Assembly (NCBI GenBank): GCA_965153355.1
Contig: OZ231126.1
Location: 22,010,001-22,074,000 of the forward strand
Origin: Flaccisagitta enflata
Lineage: Eukaryota
Reading direction: 5' to 3'
DNA length: 64,000 nt
Part shown: in pieces, positions 1-15,309 of the stretch
Position numbering within the stretch: the first letter of the stretch is position 1
How the letters are laid out: every line of letters begins with the position of its first letter
Notes under the pieces: generated by a model
What the model was told of the DNA's origin: nothing
Seen by the model: only the letters and a program-made list of their open reading frames with translations
Database searches by the model: none
Translations under genes and position numbers: made by a program

Positions 1-134
1 GATTCCGTCAAGCTGCTGTGTGGCATGAAAAATCCGACAAAAGCTGCCGCACTTTTGTTTAATTCATAGGCTATTATTCCCTTCCCTGAATTTAGACCTA
101 AGTCTCTTCTCCTTATGTCTATAGTGAACTAACT

Positions 135-752
135 CACAGTGGGCCTTAACTAGGTATGAGTTAAAAAGAATCCCCAATGGTAGTGACTTGTATGAGTGGG
201 TACAATTTATAATGGAGAATTGATGTAAACCCTTAAAAAAAAATTCCCTTGAAAATTTTTGCAAAAATTGTTAAAAAACATCAATTTTTGTATATATTTG
301 CAAGTAGATCTGAATGATATATAAGTTTCAAAATTCTGACTCAAGATTCACATTCCTGGTGAAATTTCCAATCATTTGATAAGTTACACTATATACTTTC
401 ATGAAAAAATAAGATTTTCATATCTTTGGCCACCATTGTTTTTTTTGTAACGGTGGCATGAAAAATGAAAATCTTATTTTTTCATAAAAGTATACAGTGT
501 GACCTATCAAATGATTGGAAATTTCACCAGGAATATGAATCTTGAGTCAGAATTTTGAAACTGATATATCCTTGAGATCTATATGTAAATATATGTGAAA
601 ATTGATACTTTTTAATGATTTTTGCAAAAATTTTCAAGGGAAATTTTTTTTAAAGGGTTTACATTAATTCTTTTTTAAAAATTATACCTATTCATACAAG
701 TCACTACTATTGAGGATTTTTTTAAACTCATACCCAGTTAAGGCCCGCTGTG
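135..752. mobile_element. Fold-back non-autonomous DNA transposon (MITE) with CAC...GTG termini and 4-bp TSD, Chapaev-like
   Basis: Starts CACAGTGGGCCTTAAC and ends GTTAAGGCCCGCTGTG. The ~300-bp arms are imperfect reverse complements around a centre near 445. AACT lies directly on both sides (131-134, 753-756). Confidence 0.75.
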
Positions 753-926
753 AACTGCTCATTTTTAAGGGGCGGCATTTGCAATCCCCTCCATATATAC
801 CTTGCCTGATTATGGAATTGGGGCTGCGACATTTTCCTCTGTGTAAGAGAGCTTAAGCAAAGATGAATCTCAGCTCCCTTACGTAGCGTTAACCAAATAT
901 AAGCGGGCCAGGGGACTCTAGCCCTC

Positions 927-1085
927 CTCGGCTGCCAACAAGGTCCTAGCCCAGGTAGCTGTCAGTAGCCCTCTAGGTATCTAAAAAATATCTAAAATTT
1001 TTTCTAAGTATCTGAATGAGTAGCTGAATTTCTCTTGTTATACTTTAGCGCTATATGGCACCGAATGAAATAACTTCAAGAAGGG

Positions 1086-1180
<95 letters not shown>

Positions 1181-1193
1181 GCACACACACACA

Positions 1194-1240
<47 letters not shown>

Positions 1241-1888
1241 AAACACACATACAGTGCTTCACATAACTCTGAAAGTCTGAATGGTAGTAATTCAATAATG
1301 AACTTTCAACCCACATCACATTTAAACAAGGCCAACACCTATAAGTAGCGTGCAGTACATAAATAACTTAGGATGACATTAAACAACTCAAAATGACTTA
1401 AAATGACTTAGGATGACTTTAAATGACTTTAAAAGACTAAAAACGACTTAGACAATTAAATTGACCTATTCAACTTAAGTGACTCAATGTAGCGTAATAT
1501 GACTTGAAATGACCTAGAATGACTTAGTTTGACTTAGTTTGACTTAGAATGACTCAAAATGACAGTTAGATGCAAGGACAAACGGATGGATCGATGGACT
1601 CATGAACTGACGGACTGATGGACAGATGGATGGATGGACCGACGGATGGACCAACCAACCAAGCGGGGTGTAGAGTCGTGTTGTACGCGACTAAAAATAC
1701 AACTAACTGGGCTCTATTGTATAGGTGGTGTTGGCCAGCCCCTTGGAAGTAGTAAGTCAAAACTCAATGCTGACAAACGGATACATAGACGGATAGACAG
1801 GCTGACCGACGATAGCTTGTAGACAAAACGCGGCACTGCGACAAAACTCGGAAATGAAACCAAACACCAAAACAAAAGGCAATGGAAG

Positions 1889-1974
<86 letters not shown>

Positions 1975-2177
1975 CAAAGAGATTTTCCCTCTTATGATAA
2001 AGTGTTTTCATAGCAAAAAACATCAGTCTCAAGTAGCTAAATAGATGCTCAAGTATCTACAGGAAATCATCAAAAATATCTAAATTAGTAACTGGTAGCT
2101 AAACGCCTTTTTTGGTAGCTAAGCACCCCTCTATAATAGCTAAATTTAGCTACCTAGTAGCTAAGTTGGCGACCGAG
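927..2177. mobile_element. hAT-like non-autonomous element, copy 1 of a head-to-tail dimer
   Basis: TIRs CTCGGCTGCCAAC...GTTGGCGACCGAG with TAGCTA-rich subterminal repeats. Both ~150-bp ends are homologous to those of copy 2. Left 8-bp TSD TAGCCCTC at 919-926. Confidence 0.7.
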
Positions 2178-2411
2178 GCTCGGTCGCCAACAAGGTCCTA
2201 GCCCAAGTAGCTGCCGGTAGCTCTCTAGGTATCTAAAAATATTTAAAAATCTTTCCAAGTAGCTGAAAAAGTAGCTAAATTTCTCTCGTCATACCTTAGC
2301 ACCATATGGCACCGAATAAAATAACTGCCAGTAAAGAACAAGGTTTTGTATCCAACAAAAATCAAACAAAAATCACAGTGTGACATGAAAGACAATGGGA
2401 AGAAAATGTGG

Positions 2412-2638
<227 letters not shown>

Positions 2639-2840
2639 TAGACAGACAGACAGAGAGACAGAGAGATTTTCCCTCTTATGACAAATGAGAACCTCCAGTT
2701 TCTACAGTAAGTAGCAAAAGGCAATTAGCAAAAAATATACAGAAGGAATTAACGAGAACAAAAAACATCTATTACGGGATCACATACATATAATTCCAAA
2801 AAGGGAAGTCTAAATTTTCGGATATTTTGGCATATCCATA

Positions 2841-3403
2841 CAGTACCTTCCGAGCAAACCCGGCTAAAACTGGAGGATTAATTTTTGTTACTTTAATTTC
2901 ATTTCCCAAACTTAATTTTTTGTATCTAACTTAATTAAAAAATACTTAATTCCTTGAATATATTTGGCTGTCAAAAAAAATAACTCGTGAAATCAAAGTG
3001 CATGAAGACATCAGAATTGAGTGTTCTAACCCAGACCATTGGATTTGGCAGAAAATTTTACCTATCCTAGACTACAAGAACTGCTCAGTCAGACAATCAT
3101 TTTAGATTTTATAGCCATTTCAAGTTTTTAAGGACAATTGTCTCAAAATAATTTAGGACATTTGTCCTTAAAAACTTTAAATGGCCATAAAATCTTTAAT
3201 AGTTCTGACTGAGCTGTTCTTATAAGCCTGCCATTCTGTTAGAACAAATTCTGTCTTATCACTATTCACGAGTTTTTCACACCAATATGTTCAAGGAATT
3301 AAAAATGTTCAATAAGTTGGATCAAAAATTAAGTTTGGGAAATGAAATTAAAGTAACAAAAATTAATCCTCCAGTTTTAGCCGGGTTTGCTCGGAAAGTA
3401 CTG
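2841..3403. mobile_element. Tc1/mariner/pogo-type palindromic MITE inserted in the PLE pLTR
   Basis: TIRs CAGTACCTTCCGAGCAAACCCGGCTAAAAC.../...GTTTTAGCCGGGTTTGCTCGGAAAGTACTG. The TA duplication is shown by the empty site in the other pLTR arm (CTATGATCTATGGATATGCC at 5401-5420). Second copy at 34546-35061. Confidence 0.9.
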
Positions 3404-3589
3404 TAGATCATAGACAAAATGAGACAGAGAAGAGACAAGTATTTATAAGGAAAAAAGAGACATGAGGATTGACCTAAAAGAGAGAGATAATAAGAAAACC
3501 AGACAATCAAGGATTAGAAGAAAGAGAGAGAGATTAACTCTCTGGCCCCCTCCCCCGCAACCACGCCAACTAAAGAGAAATCATAGTCC

Positions 3590-5278
<1,689 letters not shown>

Positions 5279-5398
5279 AATCTCTCTCTCTTTCTTCTAA
5301 TCCTTGATTGTCTGGTTTTCTTATTATCTCTCTCTTTTAGGTCAATCCTCATGTCTCTTTTTTCCTTATAAATACTTGTCTCTTCTCTGTCTCATTTT

Positions 5399-5441
5399 GT
5401 CTATGATCTATGGATATGCCAAAATATCCGAAAATTTAGAC
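5399..5441 (+). ncRNA. Candidate minimal type-I hammerhead-ribozyme-like motif with non-canonical core, in the pLTR
   Basis: GTCT-[ATGATCTAT]-GGATAT/GCCAAA/ATATCC-GAAA-ATTT-AGAC: stem I, stem II, GAAA and a palindromic AAATTT are present. TATAAATA lies about 25 nt upstream. The core departs from CUGANGA. Confidence 0.4.
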
Positions 5442-5560
5442 TTCCCTTTTTGGAATTATATGTATGTGATCCCGTAATAGATGTTTTTTGTTCTCGTTCA
5501 TTAATTGCTACCATACATACGATGTCTCTGAAACAATAAAAAAAAAAACAGAAGGAATTA

Positions 5561-5965
5561 TTTTGAGAGGTGTGGAGGGATCAAAAGTTATAGCACCCCC
5601 CTACAGCCCACACTAATGCTTCTTTTTCTTTATTTTTGGCAGTGGCTTATACTTTAAGTAAAAAAGATTTTTGATCTGGGCTTTTTTTGAGACTCCTCTA
5701 AGAATCGCCACAATTGACATTTTTATGCTAAAATTTATGGATTTTTGAAACTCAAAAAATAGGAAAAATTAGAGATTTTGAAAGGATCTTGATAGAATTT
5801 CAAGAATTGCCTTGATGAAAAAAATTGTATTCATTTAAAGTATAAACCACTACTCAAAGACAAAGTATAGGAATAAAAGCAATGATGTGGGCTGTAGGGG
5901 GGGGGTGTGCTACAATTGTGGTCCCTCCATACCTCTTATAATGGTTTCTTCTGTACATATTAGCA
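5561..5965. mobile_element. Fold-back MITE that was the PLE insertion target; its left end lies at about 2730-2751
   Basis: GAGAGGTGTGGAGGGA..TAGCACCCCCCTACAGCCCAC is mirrored by GTGGGCTGTAGGGGG..GTGCTA..TCCCTCCATACCTCT..TTCTTCTGTA. The last part is complementary to TACAGAAGGAA, left of the PLE. Confidence 0.6.
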
Positions 5966-6240
5966 TAAAAAGTTCTCTATCAGAGGGATATGACTCAAAA
6001 TCATGTTCACAGATAAACACAGCAAAAATCTGGTCCTGAGACCTTTCAAAATTGCCGCGGCCACCCCCCCTCATATCCCATAGAAAATGAATGGGAAAGG
6101 TTTTTCTTTTGTTTTTCTATGGGAAAAGGGGCAGGTAGCGGCGCCAATCTGTAGGAGTTCCAGGGCTAAATTCTGTTCACGGACCATCTGTAAACATGAT
6201 TTTGGGCCATATCCCTCTGATAGAGACGTTTTCTATGACA
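5963..6240. mobile_element. Short TIR MITE; related copy at about 48537-48804
   Basis: TCTCTATCAGAGGGATATGACTCAAAATCATG mirrored by CATGATTTTGGGCCATATCCCTCTGATAGAGA. Internal CCCATAGAAAATG is shared with the 48.6-kb copy. Confidence 0.6.
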
Positions 6241-7020
6241 TCGCATTATTTGTTGTTAGGCTAGTATATATCAGTCATTAAAATGTAATTTTGTAGCAAA
6301 AAGCATCAGTCTCAAGTAGCTAAATAGATGCTCGAGTATCTAAAGGAAATCATCAAAAATATCTAAATTAGTCGCTGGTAGTTAAGCACCTTTTTTGGTA
6401 GCTATGTACCCTTCTGTAGTAGCTAAATTTAGCTACCTAGTAGCTAAGTTGGCGACCGAGTAGCCCTCTACCCAGTTGATGGTTTAGGCTCCAGGGCTGC
6501 CGACGTGCATCATCTGCAAGGTCTGCAAGGTTTCACCATTTCAAGTAGCGATGCAAATTTTTTTTATTGTTCATCCCTTCTGACAGAACAAAACCGTGCT
6601 AAGAAATTGAATGATTTTTGAATATATTCGTTCATACTTGCTTATCCGCAAGGCTATTACGGTTTTTCTTTAGTCATTAGAATAGCGAAGTTTTTGTAGG
6701 CTGAGAAAGATTCTCTACTTGTTTAAAGAAGTTTTTGGCGTGCATGATTAAAAAAACTGCAATATGCAAATGAGGTTTTATCCACTAAGATTACAAATGA
6801 AATAGTAGTGGAATGTGCAATTACCTGCGCAAGTGTTGCCAAGGGATTCTTTCTCTGGTTCCTCACTTTGTTCGTTCCTCCCTTCCTTCCTTCCTTCCTT
6901 CCTTCCTTCCTTCCTTCCTTCCTTCCTTCCTTCCTTCCTTCCTTCCTTCCGTCCTTTCTTCCTTCCTTCCTTCCTTCCTTTCTGACCCTTTTTCTTCCAT
7001 TATCATGCTTCACCTCTGGA

Positions 7021-7955
<935 letters not shown>

Positions 7956-8659
7956 TACTTGGACCATGATCATGAAAACCAGAGTAACAACGAGACTTTC
8001 CATTCTGTTCCTCTTTTCTCGTGGATGGCGTCATTTTCTTATTTCCGGCTCATTGACGTCGTAACGACGCCGCAGAGTTTCCGTCAACGCCGACTTTGCC
8101 ATCACTTCCGTTGCCGCCGACGCCGCAGTTTCTCCGTCATCACCGACTTCTCCATCACCCCCGTTACCGCTGACGTCACAGTCACCATCATCGGCGCTGT
8201 CAACAACGTCGCCTCGTCACCATCATGCCATCACCACCATCGTTCACCATCACAACCATGGCCATCGTCACCACCATGGCCACCATCAACACCATTTCAA
8301 CCATCACCACCATCACAACCATCGCCATCCTCACCTCGTGGCCACCATCAACACCATAGCCACCATCATCGCCATGGCCATGGCCATCGTCACTACCTTG
8401 GCCACCATCACCGCAATGGCCTCTGTCAATTATTCAATTAAAATGAGGGTAAAATTAATCTTTTTTTTCATATTCCTCAAAAAGCGCCCTTGACAAGATC
8501 TCATAACTGTTAGTTTTAGTAAATGTAACCCTCATACTATGACAAACTAAAAAAAAACCTACTGTACTATGAATTTTCACCTGGATTCTCGCTGAGAGGA
8601 CAGTGTCCCCGATGTTACCTATGTCAATGAAATTATCTACGTCTCGTCGTCACCTTCAG

Positions 8660-9639
8660 GTAACCTTGGCATCATAAAAAATGGCGGATTTTTGAAACCT
8701 ATTTTAACCAACTTAGTTTGAAAGAAACTAAGGAAAATCGGTGATGGTTGAAAGATCTTTGAAAGACCTTTCATTTGAGTTGTGTTGCAACATTGTCGCT
8801 CAAACGGTTTAGAAGCTACAGTAATTTTAAAAAACACTGCTCTTTTTTTGCCCTTACGGTGTGTAAGCGATCATAACATGAAAACAATCTCCTAAAAAAC
8901 ATACTTAACTTTATCCGATTGAGACAAAAATTAACATGGAGGTACAACATACTTTCCTCTAACAGCTCCTAAAATCTTATCCGAATCGGACAGCTTTTAC
9001 TATCATTTTCACCATGCAAAAGATTTCTATGTTGGTTTGCAAAACTGTGGTTTGAAGGAATTAGTGATTAGGATTCATTAAGTGTTTTGTTTATGAAGAT
9101 ATGGTTGAAAAAATGAAAAATCTACGACTCTCTTTGAGCCCTATCAATGATCTACATTTTGGGCCCTCTTTCAAAGGAGTAATCTGAGTATCAGCCCAAA
9201 CTATTCAGAAATAAATGTAAGTTTTTTTTCAAGATTGCATCATTTTTCAGGAATTTTGACATGGCATTATAAAGGATCATGCAAAAATCATAGAAAACAA
9301 TTTCCGATTCTCACAAAAATTGAACCGGTATCAAAAGACACACAAGTTAGACATCATCTAAAATTTCAAAGCAATCGGACAAAGTCTTCTATCATTTTAG
9401 TAGCAATTGAAATATAAGCAAACTGCTTTTTATGATACACCGTAGGGGTGAAAAAAGTATAGTGTTCTTCAAATTAATGTAGCGTCTAAACCATTTAAGC
9501 GACAATGTCGCGACACAACTCAGATGAAAGATCTTTCGAAGATCTTTCCAACCATCATCGACTTTCCTTAGTTTCTTTCAAATTAGGTTGGTTAAAAAAG
9601 GTTTTAAAAATCCGCCATTTTTTATGATGCCAAGGTTAC
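8660..9639. mobile_element. Fold-back MITE, about 980 bp
   Basis: GTAACCTTGGCATCATAAAAAATGGCGGATTTTT... mirrored by ...AAAAATCCGCCATTTTTTATGATGCCAAGGTTAC, with more than 200 bp of arm complementarity. No clear TSD. Confidence 0.8.
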
Positions 9640-9794
9640 GCCGTGAAAAAACCCATGATTACAGTTTCTTATTTGCCTTTTTTCCATGTTACCATGATAC
9701 CATCCCACTTGCCGCCATCACTGCCGTCACCACAGCTAGCACACCATCACCTTCCCCCTCACTTTCGCAATTAGATAACTGCCAGTTCCGTGAC

Positions 9795-9930
9795 TAGGGA
9801 TGTGGAAGCGTTTGACCGCTTCCAATTAGGGGGATGGGATATCTACTATACATCTGAAGCGGAGGCGGAAGTGGATGCGGAGGCGGAAGCGGTGGAAGTG
9901 GCATGAAAATCGACGGCTTCCAAGTCCCTA
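9795..9930. mobile_element. Small hAT-like MITE with GGAAGCGG subterminal repeats
   Basis: TAGGGATGTGGAAGC...GCTTCCAAGTCCCTA. GTTCCGT occurs on both flanks but is offset on the left. Confidence 0.45.
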
Positions 9931-10477
9931 GTTCCGTCGGTACTACTTGATTCTTAATCTTAGCTGGACATTGGTCAACCAACTCGCGATGGTTGGTTTA
10001 AAACAGTCAGGAAATAGAATAATGAAAATAAAAGAATGATAATGATAATATAGATAATAATAATGATAATAATGATAATGATAATGATGATGATAATGAT
10101 AATGATAATGATAATAAAAGAATAATGAAAAATTGTGTCTACGCTGTGGTAAACAGCTAGCAGTTGTATGTGATTTTTGTATCCATATTATGCCGTAATT
10201 TTGAATAACTTTTAAAACCAAGCTTCTGCCAAATGGCTGGATATCAAGACTTTTATCTCAGCAATCTTCATTGTCGTGCAAGCGCAAGCAATTACAATCA
10301 CAATTGTTAGATGTATCCGTATCAAGCGCACATGTGCTATAATACATATTCACATACAAAGTCCATGCGAACCTCACAAGAATCTCTCTTCTGCAATTCT
10401 GCTCTTACTTTTCTTTTCACCTGCATCGGGGAATTGGTACGTGACGATGTACGAGAAAGATAGTGAATGAGATAGTG

Positions 10478-10600
<123 letters not shown>

Positions 10601-11151
10601 CAAGAGAGAAAGAAATAAAGATGTTTTCGTAAGAACGATTTTCTCGCTGGATAGTTGGCCCCCCGAGTGCTCGTAGAAAAAACTTTCCCCTGAACGTTAT
10701 TATCTTTTGTATTATCATGAGACTCGTGAAGCTTTTTTCCCAACGGGGAAAAATACGCGCACGGAAAGTGGAAATATATTCTAGGTTTTGTTTTGTCTCA
10801 CTCGTTCAAGGATACTTCAAGGGGTATTTATCTTTTCTTTTTTTTTTTTTCATCCGGCTCCCCGGTAGAATTTTCCCTACAACGCCACTAGAGTTTTTTT
10901 TTTCAAATAGGTACTGTTCGAAATGACGTTGAGCATACGAGGTCCTTGTTTCAAGATAAACTGCGTTAATATATATTGTGAAATGCTTTATTCTAAAAAT
11001 AAACATTTTTTTGTGAGAATAGAATCAAAATTTTCCATGTGTTAACTTTTGAAAGATTGATGATTGTAAATTCAGTACACCCCTTAAAAAAAATCAATCA
11101 ACCCCCCCCCTGAAAAAAAATACACATACACATAACATATCAGCTTGCTTT

Positions 11152-12537
11152 CTAATTGACTTGAGGATCCGGTTTCAATTTCGGCAGCGTGAGTCTGACT
11201 CTCGGCGATCTGGCATTCGAATGACTCGTGACTTTCTCCATGAAGATTCTTTGTTCGATGTCGAAACTGCCGAAGAATTCCGCGTTTTCCGGTTTGACGT
11301 GGGCGTCCAACTTGGGATACGGCGGACCGACGAGTTGCTCATTTCCGGCTCTGATGCTGACGCCGCCGACGAGATGAATGTTGGGGATGACTCGAGACGC
11401 GTGCAGCGGGTCGTGAGGATCGTCCGCCGTCGTCACGTCCAAGGACAAACGCGCCGGCGGCTTTTTGGGCTTTTTCTTGTCGGCGTCGCGGCGTCGTGGC
11501 GCAGATGTGGCCGTCGTCTTTTTCTTCCCATCTTCGGCGTCTTTTTCTTCCTCATCTTTGGGACGTCGTCGTGGCGGAATTCGAATTGCGCAATCGACGA
11601 ATCGCGGCGCCAAAATTTCCGGCGCCAATTTCAGTTTTTCTAGATAAACTTGAGCGCCGGCGGAGGAATCGATCAATTCGGCGTCGATCGTCGGCGCGCC
11701 GAAACAAGCTTCGCATTGCGGCTTGTGACCGACGACGACGGGATTACCGGTGGCGGCAGTTGCTGCAGATGTGGCAGCGGCAACAGCAGTAGCAGCGGCA
11801 TCACGCGGTTGAAGGTAACGCGCGCGAAGGTTGGATTGCGTAGTATGGGGAATTTGTCGGAAGATGGCAGGTGGACAGACCAACTGACACGCGCAGGCCG
11901 CTTGTTGACCGACGCGACGACCTTCCCCCAAACCACGAGGAGGAGGAGCGCGATGAGAAGGAGCAGCAGCAGCAGCACGGGTAGCGTCAGCTCGAGGCGG
12001 CGGACCTTTCTTCTTTTTGACCCGACTCAGACCCACCCAAGGATAAGGATGACGATGAAGAGGATGAGGAATGTAAGGCGGAGTCTTATCATCCACGACA
12101 ACTTCCTCCACTTGCGTCACATCCGCCGCTGCCACTTCATTTTCCACCGGCTTTTTCTTACCAACTCTCTTCTTCTTTCCTCCTTTCGTACATTCGTTAC
12201 TTTTTCCAGCGTCATCTCCACCTTCTCCTTCCTTCATCTTTCCCGCGGAAGATTCGTGATTCTCACACAATCCTTCACACTCAACATGAATGATTTGAGT
12301 GACCGGGACGCCGCCCGTCGCCCAGTTGTCCAAAGGCGCTACGGGAATCTCTTCCTCGCAGTCTTCCAACCAAGAAGCGTCGACGAAACGATGCTCGAAA
12401 TATTCGCTGAGAACTTCGTCTTCCACTTCGTGGATGTCATCGCCGTCGCCGCCGCCGCCGTGAAAGACGTCGTTGATGCAGTTGTCGGGGAGGTAAGAAT
12501 CAATCTCTAAATCAGCCCCCAAGTCACAATCGACAAA
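11152..12537 (-). CDS. C2orf81/DUF4639-like protein, exon 2 (terminal)
   Basis: Acceptor (CT)n..CCACAG|TTT GTC GAT, phase 0, then 461 open codons. FVDCDLG...SWLEDCEEEIPVAPLDNWATGGVPV resembles the C2orf81 motif FLARDEG...WGEDEEP..TDSWAQGSVPV, recalled from memory. The C-terminus is low complexity. Confidence 0.8.
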   Translation of the reverse strand, partial: FVDCDLGADLEIDSYLPDNCINDVFHGGGGDGDDIHEVEDEVLSEYFEHRFVDASWLEDCEEEIPVAPLDNWATGGVPVTQIIHVECEGLCENHESSAGKMKEGEGGDDAGKSNECTKGGKKKRVGKKKPVENEVAAADVTQVEEVVVDDKTPPYIPHPLHRHPYPWVGLSRVKKKKGPPPRADATRAAAAAPSHRAPPPRGLGEGRRVGQQAACACQLVCPPAIFRQIPHTTQSNLRARYLQPRDAAATAVAAATSAATAATGNPVVVGHKPQCEACFGAPTIDAELIDSSAGAQVYLEKLKLAPEILAPRFVDCAIRIPPRRRPKDEEEKDAEDGKKKTTATSAPRRRDADKKKPKKPPARLSLDVTTADDPHDPLHASRVIPNIHLVGGVSIRAGNEQLVGPPYPKLDAHVKPENAEFFGSFDIEQRIFMEKVTSHSNARSPRVRLTLPKLKPDPQVN

Positions 12538-12544
12538 CTGTGGA

Positions 12545-12625
<81 letters not shown>

Positions 12626-12670
12626 TGAGACAGACTGAGAAAGATAGTTAGATTGGTAGATGGACATATA

Positions 12671-14412
12671 CAGGGTGTCACAAAGTGCCTGAGCACGCGA
12701 GCGGCGCTCGTAGGAAGCTAGCTAGGCTGGTAGGAAGGGAAGGGGGAAGAAAGAGAGAAAGAAAAAAAAAGAGGAAGAAGGAAAGAAGAAAAGGAAGGAA
12801 AAGGAAGGAAAAGAAAGGAAAAGGAAGGAAGAAGGGAAGAAGAAGGAAAAGGAAGGAAGGAAGGAAGGAAGGAAGGAAGGAAGGAAGGAAGAAGAAAGGC
12901 AGAAAAAGTGTTTTCCTCCTGTTTATAAAGGAAGGAAGGAAAAAAGGAGGGAAAGAAGGAAAAAAGGAATGGAAGAAGCAAAGAAGTGAGGGAGGAAGGA
13001 AGGGAGGGAGATAGAAAAGAAGGAAAAAAGGAAATAAGGAAGGGAAGAAGAAAAGAAGGAAGGGAGGAAGGAAGGAAGGAAGAAGAAAGGCAGAAAAAGT
13101 TTTTCCCTCTTATTTTTAAAGGAAGGAAGGAAGGAAGGAAGGAAGGAAGGAAGGAAGGAAGGAAAGGAAGGAAGGAAGGAAGGAAGGAAGGAAGGAAGGA
13201 AAGGAAGGAAAGAAGGAAGGAAGGAAGGAAGGAAGGAAGGGAAAGAGTGGAAGAAAAAGTTTTCCTCTTACTGTTTTTAAAGGAAGGAAGGAAGGAAGGA
13301 AAGAAAGAGGAAGGAAGGAAGGAAGGAAGGAAGGAAGGAAGGAAGGAAGAAGAAAAACAGAAGAAAAATTTTTCCTTTTGTTTTTAAAAGAAGGAAGGAA
13401 GGAAAGAAGGAAGGAAGGAAAGAAGGAAGGAAGGAGAGAAGGAAGGAAGGTAGGCAGGGAGGAAGTAGGAAGAAAGGCAGAAAAATTTTTTCTCCTCCTG
13501 TTTTTAAAGGAAGGAGGGAACAAATGAAGGAAGGAAGGAAAGAAAGGAGGAAAGAAGGGAGCAAGGAGGAAGAAAGCCAGAATGGTTTTTAGGTGCGGAC
13601 ATGTAACTCTATAAGAGGCTTTGTCCATCCGTCCGTCTGTCAGTCTGTCAGTGTGTCATTCTGTAGGTCTGTTGGTCTATCGGTCAGTCCGTAATCATTA
13701 GGTTTAAAAGCCCTGATTACAGGTCCCAGAAAGGTAAGAGATTCACCAAGCAAAATAAAACAGTTTTAAATTCTTTAAATCGTAAAATCTTTCGATGTGC
13801 GTCAAAGTTGCTACAATATCACTGGCCCAGAAGATATTTTGTGTCACTTCATGTAACCAAGCAGAAAATAATATGTAATACTTAGCTGACCAGTTGGGTT
13901 TGAAAAAAAAAATGGTCTTCGTGCCTAATGGATCGAGTTGAAAAGTGGAAAAACAAGCGTTTTGGATACTTTTTGTGTATGTTTGTGTGTGAGGGGTGAG
14001 GATTGGGGTTTGGTTGGGGGTTGGAGGCCCCTGCCCACCCGTCCGCAACAATATTGTGACCCTGCGTCACTTGTTTTTTCCATCGTATGTAAAACCTCTT
14101 AAATACACATTTGTATAGATGAAATTCTAGTTTATACGAATATAAAGCCTCAAGGCTCAGAACCCCCGCCTTAGGGCCCAAATCTCAACCTCTGGGTACT
14201 GGAATAATAAGTGTTGAAGTGTCTCTACCCTAAGGGCCAAAAAATTCTCTATGATTCCTATCAGCTCAAGCATGGGTATCTTTTGGGACTTGGGACTTGG
14301 TATATCGTGTAACATAAGGCATTCAACTTGCGGTAATCATACGCGTATCCAGTCGGAAGGGACAGGTGGAGGATTTTTGCTCGTAGGAAGCAAAAAATTT
14401 TGTGACACCCTG
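12671..14412. mobile_element. Intronic hAT-like non-autonomous element carrying (GGAA)n arrays
   Basis: TIRs CAGGGTGTCACAAA...TTTGTGACACCCTG. 8-bp TSD GACATATA (12663-12670, 14413-14420). GCTCGTAGGAAGC motif near both ends. Confidence 0.8.
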
Positions 14413-14885
14413 GACATATAGATAGAAAGAGGGATAGATAGATAGACAGACATGCACTGACTCAGTAAATAAAAAGCATGTGGGTACGAAACAGATATGA
14501 AATCAAAACAAGTGAGGGGGTCACATTATCGTTGTAGAGGGTGGGCAGGGGCATCCAACCCCCAGCCTCACCTCAACCCCACCCCAACCATTCCTGCCAC
14601 GCACTCAGACACCCACCCACACAAAACAGCTGCAGGATCATAAATGAGCGTTTTTCGCGTTTTCAACTTAAGCGAGACGGACCAACGGACGGACGGACGG
14701 ACCGATGGACCAACGGATGGACGGACAAAGCCTCTTATAGAGTTGCCTGTCTGCCACTAAAAACACAAATCATCTTGGCAAAGAATGATGGAGAGTGAGG
14801 TCGGGGAGGTGTGAATCGATCGTCAGAGACTCAGAGAGTACATTATCTTCCTGAATTAGTGGGGGGGGCTGTGAGGCATGCAGGT

Positions 14886-14920
<35 letters not shown>

Positions 14921-15309
14921 TCATTTGCATTTTATAGTTAAGAAAAAAATGCAGTTTCTTGCAGTGCTAAATTATTGATTGAGGCTATGGTATGGATCAC
15001 AAGGTAATAAATCAATAAAGTGACGCTTTTCATTTGTGACTTTTCAAAAAAAGTTTTTTTTCTCAACGGTCCGGGGACCTTTGGTAGAGGCACATGGAAA
15101 AAGGCAACATGTCTTTTTGCTGATATTCAGAACGAAAAAAAAATTTCATACAATTTATATTCACTTATTCTGTATTCTATACTTTTGACTAGGCGGTCAC
15201 CGGTTGTGCTCAATTGGGTTGCTGGTTGCCTACGTATGTGCCTCCCCAAGTTAAACAACGTTTGCACCAGTCTTTGGGAACAGGATACAAAACATAACGA
15301 TTCGCTAAC

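Noticed and set aside
3410..3589. SECIS element in the PLE 3' UTR
   Set aside because: The ATGA candidates lack a proper helix II with apical AA and a paired GA quartet.
11161..12510. Plus-strand ORFs of 160 and 286 aa
   Set aside because: They are antisense shadows of the GC-rich minus-strand exon.
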